A stretch of 64,000 bases of DNA from Dictyostelium discoideum (GCA_000004695.1 CM000151.3:7712001-7776000); one strand, 5' to 3'; numbered from the stretch's first letter, positions 42,079 through 61,308 are shown. Notes: generated from the sequence alone by a model not told the origin. Program-made: numbers and translations.

Positions 42079-42672
42079 AATGAAATTGAAATTGAAGAGA
42101 ATCAATTAGAAGAGATTAATTTAAGAAATTTTTGGATTTCAAAAGAAACAATTATAACAACATTATCATCATTTAATAATAATTCAAAATCAAAGGTTAA
42201 ATCATTCTATATTTCAGGTTTATCTGATTTTAAGCCAACTGATATTAGTCATACTTTATTATCAAATGATACAATTTGTAAATTAATTTCATTTGGAATT
42301 TCACTAATGTCAATTAAAGATAGGGATGATAATAGTAAAACCACTACCGCCACCACCACCACCTCTTTAAAAAACAAGTTTTCTTCTGCTTTTAGAAATA
42401 CATTTTCAAATATTAATGAAATTAATGATTGTGATAAAAATTATTTAAAACTTTTAATTGAAATTTTAAAATCAAATAAAATAATTCAACATATTGAAAT
42501 TAATACACCAACACATCAATTCACAACTGGTTTGGAGGAACTAATATCAACAATTAAAAATAATAAAACTATAGTTTCAATTGGTTTAAATATAAATAAT
42601 AATAATTTTATTAATCAATGTTTAAATAATAGTATTTATCCATACTTTAATCCACCATCAATTAATTATTAA
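40528..42672 (+). CDS. F-box-like/leucine-rich-repeat protein, cysteine-containing LRR type, 714 aa in a single exon
   Basis: The ATG is at 40528; the ORF-track start at 40504 is TTG. The N-terminus IIKIINYLTSFW...MFSLVFIGIVRDLSMVSKEWYNTI is F-box-like. Repeated L..L.L..C/N periodicity follows. The region around MFSLVFIGIVRDLSMVSKEWYNTI looks F-box-like by eye. Confidence 0.55.
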
Positions 42673-42831
42673 ATAAAGAAATATTTTAAATAATTGTTTT
42701 TTTTTTTATAATTTTTATAATTTTTTTATATATATTTTTTTTTTTTTTATTTTATTATTTTATTATTTATTTATTTATTTATTATTACCATTTATAATTA
42801 TTATTTAATTATTTAATTATTTAATTGTTTT

Positions 42832-43668
42832 TTAACGATAAAGATAATCAGCAGCAATATTTGAAGCGATTTCAGTTTCCCATCTATCACCATTTGCAAG
42901 TAATTTCTCTTTATTATATAAAAGTTCTAATCTAGTTTCGGTGGTGAATTCAAAGTTTGGACCTTCAACAATTGCATCTACTGGACAAGCTTCTTGACAG
43001 AAACCACAATAAATACATTTAGTCATATCGATATCGTAACGAGTTGTTCTTCTTGAACCATCTTGTCTTGGTTCTGCTTCAATTGTAATTGCTTGAGCTG
43101 GACAAATTGCTTCACAAAGTTTACATGCAATACATCTTTCTTCACCAGTTGGATATCTTCTTAAAGCATGTTCACCACGGAAACGTGGTGATAATGGACC
43201 CTTTTCGAAAGGATAATTTATTGTACATTTCTTTCTAAAAAAGTATCCCATTGTAATATATAAACCCCACATAATTTCTGTCATAAAGAATGCTGTTGCT
43301 GCATCATCAACTACTTTTTTAAATGTTGGTGGTTTATCTTGCTAAAAAATTTAATTATATATATAATTTTTTTTTTTTTTTTATTCAATATTATTAATAT
43401 CCTGGTAAATATTATTATATAAAGCGTATATATTACACAATTTTTTTATTTGTTTTTATTTTTTATTTCATTGATTTTCAGTGATTTTAAGTGATCATCA
43501 AAAATAAAAATATAAAAAATATATATGTATTTTATAAATACTCACTTCTTTTTCCCATCTTGCAAGAGTTGGTTTTGAAGTTTGAAATGATCTAACTCCA
43601 AATTGAATACCACCAATTTGATGTTTATTTTGTGAATTTAAACCTGTTCTTACAAATCTTGATAACAT
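42832..43668 (-). CDS. ndufs8: NADH dehydrogenase (ubiquinone) iron-sulfur protein 8 (TYKY, 23 kDa subunit), 210 aa with an N-terminal mitochondrial presequence. Exons are complement(43546..43668) and complement(42832..43341).
   Basis: Exon 1 encodes [41 protein letters not shown] and ends GAA|GTGAGT (phase 0). The acceptor ttttag|CAAGATAAACC leads into [169 protein letters not shown]. The mature region is near-identical to human NDUFS8 and carries two CxxCxxCxxxCP 4Fe-4S motifs. The ORF-track extension MFYCDLITHIFAI lies upstream of the true start. Confidence 0.9.
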
Positions 43669-43926
43669 TATTGCAAATATATGTGTAATTAAATCACAAT
43701 AAAACACAACAATGACAAAAAAAAAAAAAAAAAATAAATAATAAATTGAAAAAAATCAAAAAAAAAAAAAAAAAAAAAAAATTTTGTTTTAAAAAAAAAA
43801 AAAATAAAAAAAATAAAAAAAAAAAATAAAAAAAAAAAAAATAAAAGTTCGAAGTATAAAAGGATCACTAGTTTTTCATTTTTTTTTTTTTATTTTTTTT
43901 TTTTTTTTTTTTTTTCAAAAATTAAA
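43669..43926. promoter_or_regulatory. Divergent 258-bp intergenic region shared by ndufs8 (-) and the mitochondrial-type CysRS (+), suggesting a bidirectional promoter
   Basis: The two ATGs lie at 43668 (minus) and 43927 (plus). The sequence between them is pure oligo(dA)/(dT). Confidence 0.5.
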
Positions 43927-45898
43927 ATGTTAAAATTAATTTCAAGAAATGCAATAAATAAAAATAAAATAATATTATTTAGATTATATACAACAACAAT
44001 AAATTCATCAAATAATGGTTCAACAATAAGAGAATGGAAAAAACCAAGTTTAGAGAATTCATATGATACTGGTATTATGGTAAAAAATAGTTTATTTAAA
44101 AATGGAAATGTACCATTTTTAATATCAAATTGTAGTGAAAAGAATCAACGTCCAATCAGTTGGTATACATGTGGACCAACAGTTTATAGTAGTTCACATA
44201 TTGGTCATGCAAGAAATTATATGACAGTTGATATCATTCAAAGAATTTTAATAAACTATTTCAGATTTAATATTATTCATGTAATGGGTTTAACTGATAT
44301 TGATGATAAAATTATAAATAAATCAAAACAAGAATTAATATCTGCTTCTGAACTTTCAAAAAAGTTTGAACAAGAATTCTTTGAAGATTTAAAATCATTA
44401 AATGTAAGTCTGGATAATAATAATAATAATAATAATTATAATCAAAAATAAAAAAAAAAAAAAAACAAATTAATTAATTAATTATAAAATTTTATAATTT
44501 CTTTTTATAAAAAAGATTAAACCACCAATGTTTACAACTAGAGTATCAGAACATATTGATGAAATTATTAAATATATTGAAAAGATTAAAGAGAATCAAT
44601 TAACATATGAATCAACTAAATCGGTAATATTTGATGTAAATAAATTTGGTATTGATAGATATTGTAGTTTAAGAGCAGCAAATCAACAAATTAAGTCGGA
44701 TGATACATTGTTGGAAAAGGATAAAAAATCAAGTCAGGATTTTGTATTATGGAAAGCATATAATGAAAATATTGATATCGATGGTACTGGTAATCCTGTT
44801 TGTTGGGATTCACCATTTGGTAAAGGAAGACCAGGTTGGCATATAGAATGCTCTGCAATGATTGATTCAATTTTTAAAGATCATTTAGATGTCCATTCTG
44901 GTGGTGTGGATTTAGAGTTTCCACATCACCAAAATGAAATAGCCCAATGTGAAGGCCATAGTCATTCTCATGGCAGTGGTGATGCTGAATCAACTCAATG
45001 GGCAAATTATTTCTTTCACATTGGTCATTTAATTTTAAATAATGAAAAAATGTCAAAATCACTCGGTAATGTTATAACAATTCGTGATTTCTTATCACGT
45101 TATTCTGCAAATTCACTTCGTTGGATTTGTTTAATTCATAAATATAATGATCCACTCTCTTTTTCTGATGAAACTTTACAATTATGTATTAGTAAAGAAA
45201 TTAAATTTTTAAATTGGTTTAAAATTGTTAGAGTAAGTTTTTTTTAATTAATAATTTATTTTACCTATTTTCCCCTCCCCTACTAATACTTTTTTTTTTG
45301 TTTTTTTATTTTTTTATTTATTTTATTTTATTTAATTTAGTCAAAATTAAAATTAGAACAAACAAGTGTAAATAAAGTTAAAAAAACATTTAATCATTCA
45401 ATTGAATTATTAAATCAATTAAGTGAAACAAAATATTTAATTGAAAAAGATTTAAAGGATGATTTCAATACACCATCAGTTATAAAGAGATTGGAGTTAT
45501 TAATGAAACAAACAAATGAATCAATGAATTCAATCGATACAGATTTATTATTCAATGTTCAAGATTACGTAGAGTCAATATTAAATATATTTGGTTTAGA
45601 AGTTAACAGTGAAATTAGCGATCATAATAAAACTGACGAATCAAATCAATTCTTATTGGAGAAATTATTGGATTTTAGATCTGATGTAAAGAATTTAGCA
45701 AAAAATGAAAAATCATTAGACCAAATAAAATCAAAAATTTATCAAATCACTGATCAACTCAGAAGTGATTGTCAATCCGAAATTTCATTAAGAGTTTCTG
45801 ATATTCCTGATAAAGGTACAAATAAACCTTATACAGTTGATTGGTTAGATAAAAATCATATTCAATTATTAAATATTAAAAAACAATCTAAAAAATAA
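43927..45898 (+). CDS. Cysteinyl-tRNA synthetase, probably mitochondrial because of its N-terminal presequence. Exons are 43927..44403, 44516..45232 and 45341..45898 (583 aa).
   Basis: It carries the class I signatures ...CGPTVYSSSHIGHARNYMTVDII (HIGH) and KMSKSLGN (KMSKS), plus the DALR/anticodon-binding motif DDFNTPSV in exon 3. Donor AAT|GTAAGT is phase 0 and acceptor aaaaag|ATTAAACCACCAATG follows it. Donor AGA|GTAAGT is phase 0 and acceptor aatttag|TCAAAATTA follows it. The product is collinear with E. coli CysS (…ILRPDMEPRATHHIAEII... matches IKPPMFTTRVSEHIDEII). Confidence 0.85.
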
Positions 45899-45942
45899 TA
45901 ATAATATTAATAATAATAATTATAGCCACAATGTAGTACCAA

Positions 45943-45978
<36 letters not shown>

Positions 45979-46119
45979 ACAAATAAAAAAAATAAATAAA
46001 TATTATTATTTTTATTTTTATTATTTTTGTTTTCTTATTTTATTTTTTTTCCCAAATACGGCATATCTAGATAAGTTTTGGTAGTTATTACAAGTATAAA
46101 AAAATAATATAAAAATAAT

Positions 46120-46330
<211 letters not shown>

Positions 46331-46795
46331 ATAATAAACCAATATATTATTTTGGAATCTACTAATAATAGCTTTTTTTAATTAAAAAACTACTATTAAT
46401 AACTGTTGTGGTGAACTGCTTTACTGTTTTTTATTATGTCACAGTTAAAATTAAATTGTTTATTGGTGTTAAATTAAAAAAAAAAAAAAAAAAAAAAAAG
46501 CCAGAAATTGGTGGTGGCAATTATTGCTTGTGTAAAAAAAATTGTATTCTAAAATTAATTTTCCCACATATATTGGTAAATTAAAACATTATCAACACCG
46601 TTAATCATATATATTTAATAAATATAAATAAATATAAATAAATTATAATTATATTATTAAATTCAAAATTATTTGTTTTTTTTTTTTTTGGAGAAAGAAA
46701 AAAAAGTATAAATTGGAATTAAAAAATTATTTTTCATCATTAAATAAAAAAATAAATTATTTGTTTAATAAAAAAGAAATCCTAAAATTAAAAAA

Positions 46796-47151
46796 ATGAC
46801 AATTTTATGTATGTTCAAAAATATGTCTAAAAAAAAAAAAATGTACAAATTAAAAGAAAAAAAACCTAATTCCTTATTTTTTATTTTCCTAAATAAATAG
46901 CTGCAATCACTTCAATTACAAGACCAAATAAAATTAGTAAATCAGTTGTTTCATCAAATGGAGGTGCTTCATTGTCATTGAGTTCTAATTCAGTTGCATG
47001 TGCTACTGCTTGTGGTGGATCAAGTTATTCATACAGCTCAAGTTACTCAAGTTCAGGTTTGGGATATTCATATAACTCAAGCTATTCAAGTTCAGTTGGC
47101 TATAGTTCCTCCGTTGGCGTTGTAATTGGAAGTTGTGGCCATTGCAGTTAA
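46796..47151 (+). CDS. hssA/2C/7E-family small Ser/Gly/Tyr-rich protein of 87 aa. Exons are 46796..46808 and 46901..47151.
   Basis: Exon 1 is ATGACAATTTTAT, donor GTATGT (phase 1). The acceptor aaataaatag|CT gives [87 protein letters not shown]. The MTIL start, a very short first exon and a Cys-Gly-rich tail are typical of this Dictyostelium family. A 3' hairpin AAGGAAATTTATTTCCTT lies at 47198..47215. Confidence 0.65.
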
Positions 47152-47587
47152 TTTAATTAATTAACTCTAATTAATTAATTTATTAATTAATTCAACCAAG
47201 GAAATTTATTTCCTTCGTCATCAAAAAATGTATATATGTAAAAAAAATAAAAAAATAAAAAAATATCAATGTTAAATTGTTTAAAAATTAAAAATACCTT
47301 AATATTTTTCTTTATTCATTTATTAAAAAAATAACTTTTTATTTTTATTTTGGATTATTGATTAAAATGATTATTAAAAAAAATAATTTTTTTTTTTTTT
47401 TTTTGAAATATTGTATGATAATCAGAAATAGTCAATTAATCCAATTTTAATAGAATTATCAAATTATTGATAAAATAATTGAAACATTGTTGATTAGAGA
47501 TAATTTTTTATATGTGTGCGTGGATTAAATCCATACAACTTTTATTTAAAGAAATTTTTAAATAAATAAAACTAAATTTTAAATTTC

Positions 47588-48441
47588 TTAATTTATTTTT
47601 ATTACATATAAATTTTTAAGTTTATAAAGTTCATTAGCTTTTTCTGTCGAAATTAATGTATTCTATTTATAATTAAATTATTAAAAAAAATTAAATTAGA
47701 CCAATATACATTTTTAGAAAAATAAAAAATAATAAAAAAAAAAAAAAAAAGATGAATAAACTTACATTTAAATAAACTTTACATAAAGTTTTACAATGAT
47801 TTAATATTATATCTATTGATTTATCAGTGATTTGATTTGAACTTAAATTTAAAGTTTCTAAACCTTCCCCAACCAATGATAAAACATTTTCTAAAACTTC
47901 ATCATCAATCTTTGTTTTACTGATATTTAAAAATTTAAGTTTATTTAATTTTGAGAAAATTGAAAAACAATTATCTTTTGTTATACTATATAAATAAAAA
48001 TAATTTAATAATTAATATTATTATTATTATTATTATTATTTATAAAAAATAAAAAAAATATACATTACTTCCAATCAATTATTGATAAATCATTTAAATT
48101 TGGGAAACTAATTTCAGGACAAGTTAAGGTATAGGATGAACGAAATGTTTTTAAAGTTTCAGAGTGTACATTAATATTACCAACATTTCTACAAAAGTCA
48201 ATTGATAACTCTCTTAGATTTGGCATGGATTCTAAGGCGGTATTAATTGCACCACCAGTTATTTGAAAATTATTATAAATATTAATCACTTGAAGATTCG
48301 TTAATGACATAAATAATGAAATGAATATATCATTTCTAATAATCATATTAACTAATGTTAAATGAGTAATTTGTTTACATTTATAAAGTTTTTCAAGTAG
48401 TGATGGATTAAATAATGAATCTTTTGACCTATATGATAACA

Positions 48442-48491
<50 letters not shown>

Positions 48492-49384
48492 GATAGGTTT
48501 TAATACCTATAGTTTATTATTATTATTATTATTGATTATCTTTATATACTTACTAATTTTGTTAATAATGGACAAGATTCCAAGTATTTATATAATTGTA
48601 TGGATTCAACAGTACCAGGTAAATTTAAAGAAGTTAAAGAACCTAACTTTTTGAAATAATTTGGAGGTTCGCTTGAAATGAATGTTGGTAATGATAATGA
48701 TACAATCTTTCTTTGATGTGGTGTTTCAAAGAATCCATTGAAAAATTTTATACTTAAACAATCATTAATTGATAAATTTTCAATATTTGACATTGCCACA
48801 CAATTATTTATATATTTGAATACATTTGAAGTGATTTTATATAGTTTATCCATTATTAATGTTTCAATATAAAAACTATGAAAAATTCTTGTTTTTTTAT
48901 TCTTTTTATTTTCTTTTATTATTATTATATTATTATGATGATCATTATTATTATTATTCTCTGTGGTTTCATTATTACTATTTTCAACTATTTCATTATT
49001 ATTATTATTATTTTCATTGTCTTCATCATCTTCATTATGGTTGTTATCATTAGTTTCATTATTATTCTCGCTAATTCTATCAATAAAGTTGAAATTATTG
49101 TTATTAAAATATTGATTAAGTATACTACATAGTCTATAGATAACTTTATCTTGTGCTTCTACCATGAAGCTAAGGTCCATAACTCTCCACCTATTTGAAT
49201 AAAAAAATAATGATCTTAAATGTTTACAAACACTTGACCCAAATCTAAAAAATGTTTTGAAATCCATTTCATTAACAATTGAATCGAATAATGGTTTTGA
49301 AATTTTATTTAATATATTATTACTAATAATAAGGGTTGATACACCCAACCTTATTTCATTGGTTGTTGAACAATTATTATCCAT
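47588..49384 (-). CDS. F-box/LRR-repeat protein of about 499 aa. Proposed exons are complement(48554..49384), complement(48069..48442), complement(47766..47985) and complement(47588..47662).
   Basis: Exon 1 encodes MDNNCSTTNEIRLGVSTLIISNNILNKISKPLFDSIVNEMDFKTFFRFGSSVCKHLRSLFFYSNRWRVMDLS, which is F-box-like and is followed by LRRs. Exon 2 is phase 2 (ends AA|GTAATG) and exon 3 follows the acceptor atttatatag|T. Exon 3 is phase 0 (ends AAT|GTAAGT) and exon 4 follows the acceptor aaatag|AATACATTA. Exon 4 ends ...NTLISTEKANELYKLKNLYVIKIN*. The exon 1 to exon 2 join is less certain. The donor TTA|GTAAGT at 48553 and the acceptor aaaaag|ATG at 48443 are both phase 0, but the acceptor is preceded by A44 rather than a T-rich tract. 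Exons 2-4 could instead be a separate gene starting at ATG 48442. Confidence 0.45.
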
Positions 49385-49648
49385 TATTTATTTTTATTTT
49401 TATTATTAATATTATTATTTTTTATTATTATTGTTGTATTTGATCAAAATTAAAAATAAAAAAAAAAAAAAATAAAACATTCAAATTTTACACTTTTAAA
49501 AAAAAAAAAAAAAATAATTTCATTTTTTTTATTAATTAAAAAAAAAAAAAAAGCCCAGGATAACCAACTTTTTTTTTTTGTTTTGTTTTTTCCAAGATTA
49601 TTTAATTTAAAATTTATTTTTATGGTTTTAATTAAAAAACCAGTATTT

Positions 49649-50287
49649 CTAGTCATATTTAAATTTGAAAGGATCACTATTACTTTGGGATAATAAAGCA
49701 AAATAACATAAAACAGTGAATACACCTTGAAGATACCTAAATACTAAATTACCATTTGATACTATATTTGTCATTGATAATGGTAAATAAGTTAAAGCAA
49801 TAACTAATCCAATATGAAATATTTTAGATTTTAATTTTAATAATACCTAAATGAAATAAATGAAATTATAAATATATTAGAATAAAGTTTTTTTTAATTT
49901 TCTATAATTTAAATGAGGGATGAGTGAGTGAGAGATTAACTTACCGATTCATCATCGTCATCACCATTTATAAATTGATCAGTACTATCAGAATCCAGTT
50001 TATTATTAATTATTGGATATGATATTAATATGAAAGTAACCAAATAAGATAATGATTTTAATATGTTTACAGTGTTTATAATCGATGATGTATCGAATTG
50101 GAAAAAGAATGAATAAAGATTTAAACAAATGGTTAATGTTATTAATGATATATCTGATAACATTGATTCTTCAACCATATACATATATGGTAATAATAAT
50201 ATCATCAATGTACCTAAACTTGATAATAAACTTTAAAATAAAAATAATTTAAAAAATTAATATTTAAATAATTATTTTTTAAAAATA

Positions 50288-50319
<32 letters not shown>

Positions 50320-50841
50320 TTACCATGAATTTAAAGTTGAAATTATATTATAATTAAATATTTGATAAATTATAAAGAAAGAAAGTGAATATGAAAAGAT
50401 TGAAATTAAAATTACAAATGTTTTGAAAATGATATTATTTGAATCACTTGAAATTAATTGATTTGAGAGGGAACGTGATTTGAAAACAATTAATAAAATG
50501 GCTTGATATGATTCTACTGTATAAACTAATAATGGAAATATCCATTGAAAACAATAATAATAGAAATCTATCACTTGATCGGGAATTAATGGGTAGATAT
50601 AATATGATAATGCCAATATTGGTATATCTATTATAAATTTAATAAAATTCCATTTTTCAATTCCACCTTTAACAAATAATGATTGAACTAATAATGATAT
50701 CAATTGACATATCAATAATACTAATGAAATTCTTAATGTTGATCTATAATCTAAAAATATTGATGATGCTACTAATCCAACTAAAGGTGTTGCAAAGAAA
50801 AATAATTTAATTGTCATTAAAATTAATGAAATTATTATCAT
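49649..50841 (-). CDS. Multi-pass membrane protein of about 333 aa with at least 7 hydrophobic helices, family not recognised. Exons are complement(50324..50841), complement(49945..50230) and complement(49649..49846).
   Basis: Exon 1 encodes MIIISLILMTIKLFFFATPLVGLVASSIFLDY... and ends TG|GTAATC (phase 2). The acceptor ttttaaag|T leads into (C)LLSSLGTLMILLLPYMYMVEESMLSDISLITLTICLNLY...DDDDES. The next donor is TCG|GTAAGT (phase 0) and the acceptor tcatttag|GTATTATTA leads into VLLKLKSKIFHIGLVIALTYLPLSMTNIVSNGNLVFRYLQGVFTVLCYFALLSQSNSDPFKFKYD*. The ORF-track ORF 49450..49725(-) is an out-of-frame overlap and is rejected. Confidence 0.5.
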
Positions 50842-51035
50842 TTTTTTATTTGAATTATTATTATTTATTAATATTAATATTATTTATATATTCACTATTT
50901 AAAAATAAAAATAAAAAAAAATAAAAAAAAAAAATTATTTACAACCTTAAAATTGCGCCTTTTCTTACTTTTTTTTTTTTTTTCACTTTTTTTTTTTTTT
51001 CATTTAATAATTTTTTTTTTTTTTTTTCTTTTCAA

Positions 51036-51482
51036 ATGATTCCAAATAATATAAATAACCGAAAAAAATTAAAATTACCAGAATTATTTAAAGAAAAATA
51101 TGGATTCAATAAAAAAGGAATTGAATTAAGATATTGTGATGGTGAAAAAGGTATGGGTATATTTTCAAATAGAAAATTTAATAAGGGTGAAAAGATTATG
51201 AAAATTGAACCATACGTTTGGTCAGTTGCAAAGCATGCTATAGTTTGTGATGAATGTTTAAAGAATAAATTGGATTTAGAAGAAGGTAAAACTTTGAAAA
51301 GATGTTCAAATTGTAAATTGGTTTACTATTGTTCAACTGATTGTCAAACTAAAGCATGGAAAATTCATAAACAAGAATGTAAAATCCTTTCAACAATTCC
51401 TTCAACAACTGATAAAAAAAATATAAATACAAAATCAACTACAATGTTATTAAGATTATTTATAAAAAGGAATTTAGAATTA

Positions 51483-51536
<54 letters not shown>

Positions 51537-51968
51537 GATAACCATATTACTGGTCAATATGAAATTATTGATGGTCTTTTAAATCGTATGTATCCTTTAT
51601 TTTTATTTTTATTCTATTAATGTTAACATTAATTATTAATTTTATTTATATATATATATATATATTAATATAGATAAAGATATTAGATCAGATAATAATG
51701 AATATAAATCATTTTCAAGTGGATTTTGTAGTTTATTAGGTGAAGATCCACAATTAAAAGCACCAATTGTTTTAGAGTATCTATTGAAATTGGAACCAAA
51801 TTGTATAACAATACCAAGATGTGAAGCCTCTTCAATTGGTTTATATCCATTAATGTTATTTTTTAATCATTCGTATGTAAACCTATTTCATTAAAACTTT
51901 TTTTTATTTTTATTTTTATTATTATTATTATTATTATTATTGATATATATATATATTAACTTTTATAA

Positions 51969-52004
<36 letters not shown>

Positions 52005-52280
52005 TTTAGATGTAAACCAAATATATCAATTATAAATAATAGAAAAGAATTATTAATTATTACAAATAAAATTATTGAAAAGGATGAAGAGTTATTTATA
52101 AATTATAGTCCTGCAATTTGTTATAGAAATGAAAGATTGGATAACTTAAAACAATGTTTTTTCTTTAACTGTAAATGTACATTATGTTTAGGTGAAGAGA
52201 AAATAAAATCAAAAGATCTATATATAACTTGCAATATAAATAATTGTGGTGGTAGAATTAATCAAGAAATTGATATTAAT

Positions 52281-52323
<43 letters not shown>

Positions 52324-52910
52324 GCAACAACAACAACAACAACAACAATAGCAATGAAGAGATTTTAAAGTGTTATAAATGTTTAAAAGTTTATAAAGGC
52401 CAAGAAAAAGATGAAATCCTTAAAAAGAAATTAATAATAAAAAATTTACAAAATAAATTATCAACAAATACTGACCAAATTAATATCAACCAAGAATTTA
52501 AATCGTTACTTGAATTATATTGTAAAGAGATTCATCCAACCGATCCATTATTTTATGAAATTGTAAATAAAACTCAATTATTTTATTTAGGTAATAATAA
52601 TAAATTTATAAGTGATAATGAATTATCAACAATATATCACCCAAGATATCAAATAATGATAAAGTATCATCTATTACAAGTTCAAAACTTAGAATATGAA
52701 TATTGTAGACAAATGTTAGATTATGTGAATACATTAGCAACAACAAGTTATTTTAAAGATGCTCTTAATATTTTAACAGATTTAATGTCAAATCATTTAT
52801 CTCAAATCGATTTCTATGGTTTCAATAGAGATGAATTATTATCTTTACTTTATAATTTACAACATGAATATAAAAATAATATAAAGACCAGTCGTAAAAT
52901 AATAAACTAA
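51036..52910 (+). CDS. SET and MYND domain-containing protein (SMYD-type lysine methyltransferase). Exons are 51036..51585, 51674..51872 and 52010..52910 (549 aa).
   Basis: It has a split SET domain with an embedded MYND zinc finger (CDECLKNKLDLEEGKTLKRCSNCKLVYYCSTDCQTKAWKIHKQEC). Joining exons 2 and 3 (TC|GTATGT ... ttttag|A) reconstitutes NHS-CKPN. A post-SET region follows: CFFFNCKCTLCLGEE. Donor C|GTATGT is phase 1 and acceptor taatatag|AT follows it. Both introns carry AT/AAT repeats. Confidence 0.8.
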
Positions 52911-52968
52911 AAAAAATAAAATTAAAAATTACTTTTTTATATTTAATAATTTTATTATTTAATTATTT

Positions 52969-58836
<5,868 letters not shown>

Positions 58837-59056
58837 TGTGGTGTTATTGAAAAATTAAAATGAGGGAAAATTTCAAAATAAAAATAAATAATAATAAAAT
58901 ATAATTTAAAAATAATTTAAAAAAATAAGAAACTATCTCATTGTTTGAATATATGAAATAAGAAAAAAAAATAAAAAAAATAAAAAAATTAAAAAAAAAA
59001 AAAAAATTTTGTATTTACATTAAATCAATTACTTGAACAATTTACAAGATTCCGAA

Positions 59057-59106
<50 letters not shown>

Positions 59107-59868
59107 CGAGTAATCCATTTGTAAATTTTAAAAAAATAAAAATAAAGAAAAAAAAAATAATAAAAAAAATAGAAAAATAGTAAAAAGAAAAGATAATAGA
59201 AAAGGTGTTAATTATATAATCATTTACACAATAAATTAATTTATTTTTTAAAAATTGGGTTGAATAGGATTATTGTGAAAAAACTAATTTAAAAAAAGTT
59301 TAAAAAAATAAATAAATAATTTTTTCTTTTTTTTTTTTATTATTATTAAAATAGTTTTGATCACTAAAAATATATAATTATTTCATTTTTAATATTAAAT
59401 TATAAAATATTGAATGCCAATTATTTTTTTTTATTTTTATTTTTTTTTTTTATTTTTTTTCTACCGAAATAATTGGGAAACCATTTTTTTTTTAATTTTA
59501 ATTTTTTTTTAAAAAATTGGTCATGAGTTTTTTTTTTTATTTATTTTAATTTAAATTAATTTTTTTGATTTTCAGACCATCGTCACAATCAATTAGTCAC
59601 CAATTTCGTTTTTTTTTTTTTGAATTTTAGTATAAATAGGGTCAAAACCAATACCATTTATTCACACCATCACCTAAAAAGTTAACTGTTTGTTGATAAA
59701 CCTATTATTAAACACACAATTTTTCTTTTTTTTAGAATCGATCCTCACAGTTTGATTTTTTCTTTTTTTTTTTTTTTCGTCCCTCGCATATCTTATCTTT
59801 TATTTATTTTTATTTTTATTTTTTTTTCATCCCTCGCATATCTTTTTTTTTATTTTTTTTATACCAAA

Positions 59869-60912
59869 ATGAGTTCTACCCTTAAACAACAACTTGAAGA
59901 ACAACAACAATACTATAACGAAAGAGCAACGTAAAGTATCTTATAGTTGTTTAGTTCTCTATCAAGTTATGGCCTAAATTAATTTATTTTTTATTTTAAT
60001 TATTTTTTTTTTCTATATTTTATATCTTTTTTTCCTCTTTTTTTTCCACTTTTTTATTTTTTTATTTATTTTTATTTTAAATTATGTTTTATATTTAGTC
60101 AATATGATGATTGGTGGCATTTCTCAGGCAGTTTCGACCAAGGAGAACAAGTTAAAGCAGAGGCATTAAAAAACAGAGAAGGATTTTACAATTTCTTTTC
60201 AAAGATCACCGAAAATGCTGGTACTGAAAAATTAAATGTTTTAGAATGCGCTAGTGGTATGTTTATTTTTATTTTTAATTATTTAGGATCTTGTATTTAT
60301 ATTTTTTTTTTTTTTTTTTTTATTATTATTATTTATCAAGGTACTGGTAATTTTACAAAATTATTTTTAAATGAAAAATATAAATTACATTGCGAAGAAG
60401 GTTCACTTCAAATGATTGATGTCCTCAAATCAAAATTTGAAAAAGAAATCAAAGAAATGGGTGATAACTTCTCAATCAACCAAACTGATTTATTCAGTGA
60501 GAAATTTAACCCAGCACCAAATACCTACGATATTGTATTTATGGGTTTCTTAATTTCTCATATTCCACCATCTCTCTTTAATGAATTCTTTTCAAAGTGT
60601 ACTACTGCTTTAAAACCAAATGGTAGATTAGTTTTCATCGATAGTTATTACCATAAAAGCTATAAATTAAAAGTCCACGAATCTGGTAAAAACAATATCA
60701 AGTTGGATGAAAATTTGAAAGATGATGACTATATCATTAAGAGAAAATTATTAGATGGTAAAGAATTCAGCATTTACAAGATTTGTTTCACCGCTGAATC
60801 AATTATGAATACCCTCACTGATGTTGGTTTATTAATGCAAAATAATGATTCAGTTATCATAAATAGTACCTACATTTTTGGAAGTTATTCAAAACCAGGA
60901 TCTTCAAATTAA
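59869..60912 (+). CDS. Class I SAM-dependent methyltransferase of 263 aa. Exons are 59869..59930, 60099..60256 and 60341..60912.
   Basis: Exon 1 encodes MSSTLKQQLEEQQQYYNERA and ends AC|GTAAAG (phase 2). The acceptor atatttag|T leads into (T)QYDDWWHFSGSFDQGEQVKAEALKNREGFYNFFSKITENAGTEKLNVLECASG. The next donor is G|GTATGT (phase 1) and the acceptor tatcaag|GT leads into (G)TGNFTKLF... Motif I is VLECASGTGNF. A TATAAATAGGG element sits about 230 bp upstream, at 59632. Confidence 0.7.
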
Positions 60913-61308
60913 TTTTTTATTTATTTATTTATTTATTAATTTTTAAAAAATAAAAAAACAATTAAAAAAAAATAAAAAAATTAATAATAAATAAAAAAAT
61001 AATAGTTCATATTCTAGAATTATCGAATATTGAATTCACACTATTACATTCACAAAAAATGAATATCTGCAAATCTTTTTTTTTTTTATTTTTTTTTTGG
61101 GAAATAAGTTAAAAAAAAATAAAATATTTATCAATAAATTAAAAAAAAAAAAAAAAAAAAATCATAAAAAATAAACGACTCGGTAATTTAATGAAATCGT
61201 TTTTTTTTTTTTTTTATTTTTTTCTTTTTTTAAATTACATGGTTGAATTAATATATACATATAAATAAAAAAAATAAATAGATAATTTTTAAAAAAATAA
61301 AAAAAAAA

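Noticed and set aside
43498-43707. ORF-track N-terminal extension MFYCDLITHIFAI of the ndufs8 first exon
   Set aside because: It is not conserved, and the presequence-like MLSRFVRTG... begins at the internal ATG 43668. The extension is most likely 5' UTR.
49450-49725. 91-aa minus-strand ORF (MYSLFYVILLYYPKV...)
   Set aside because: It overlaps the last exon of the multi-TM gene in another frame and runs into a poly-A/T tract.
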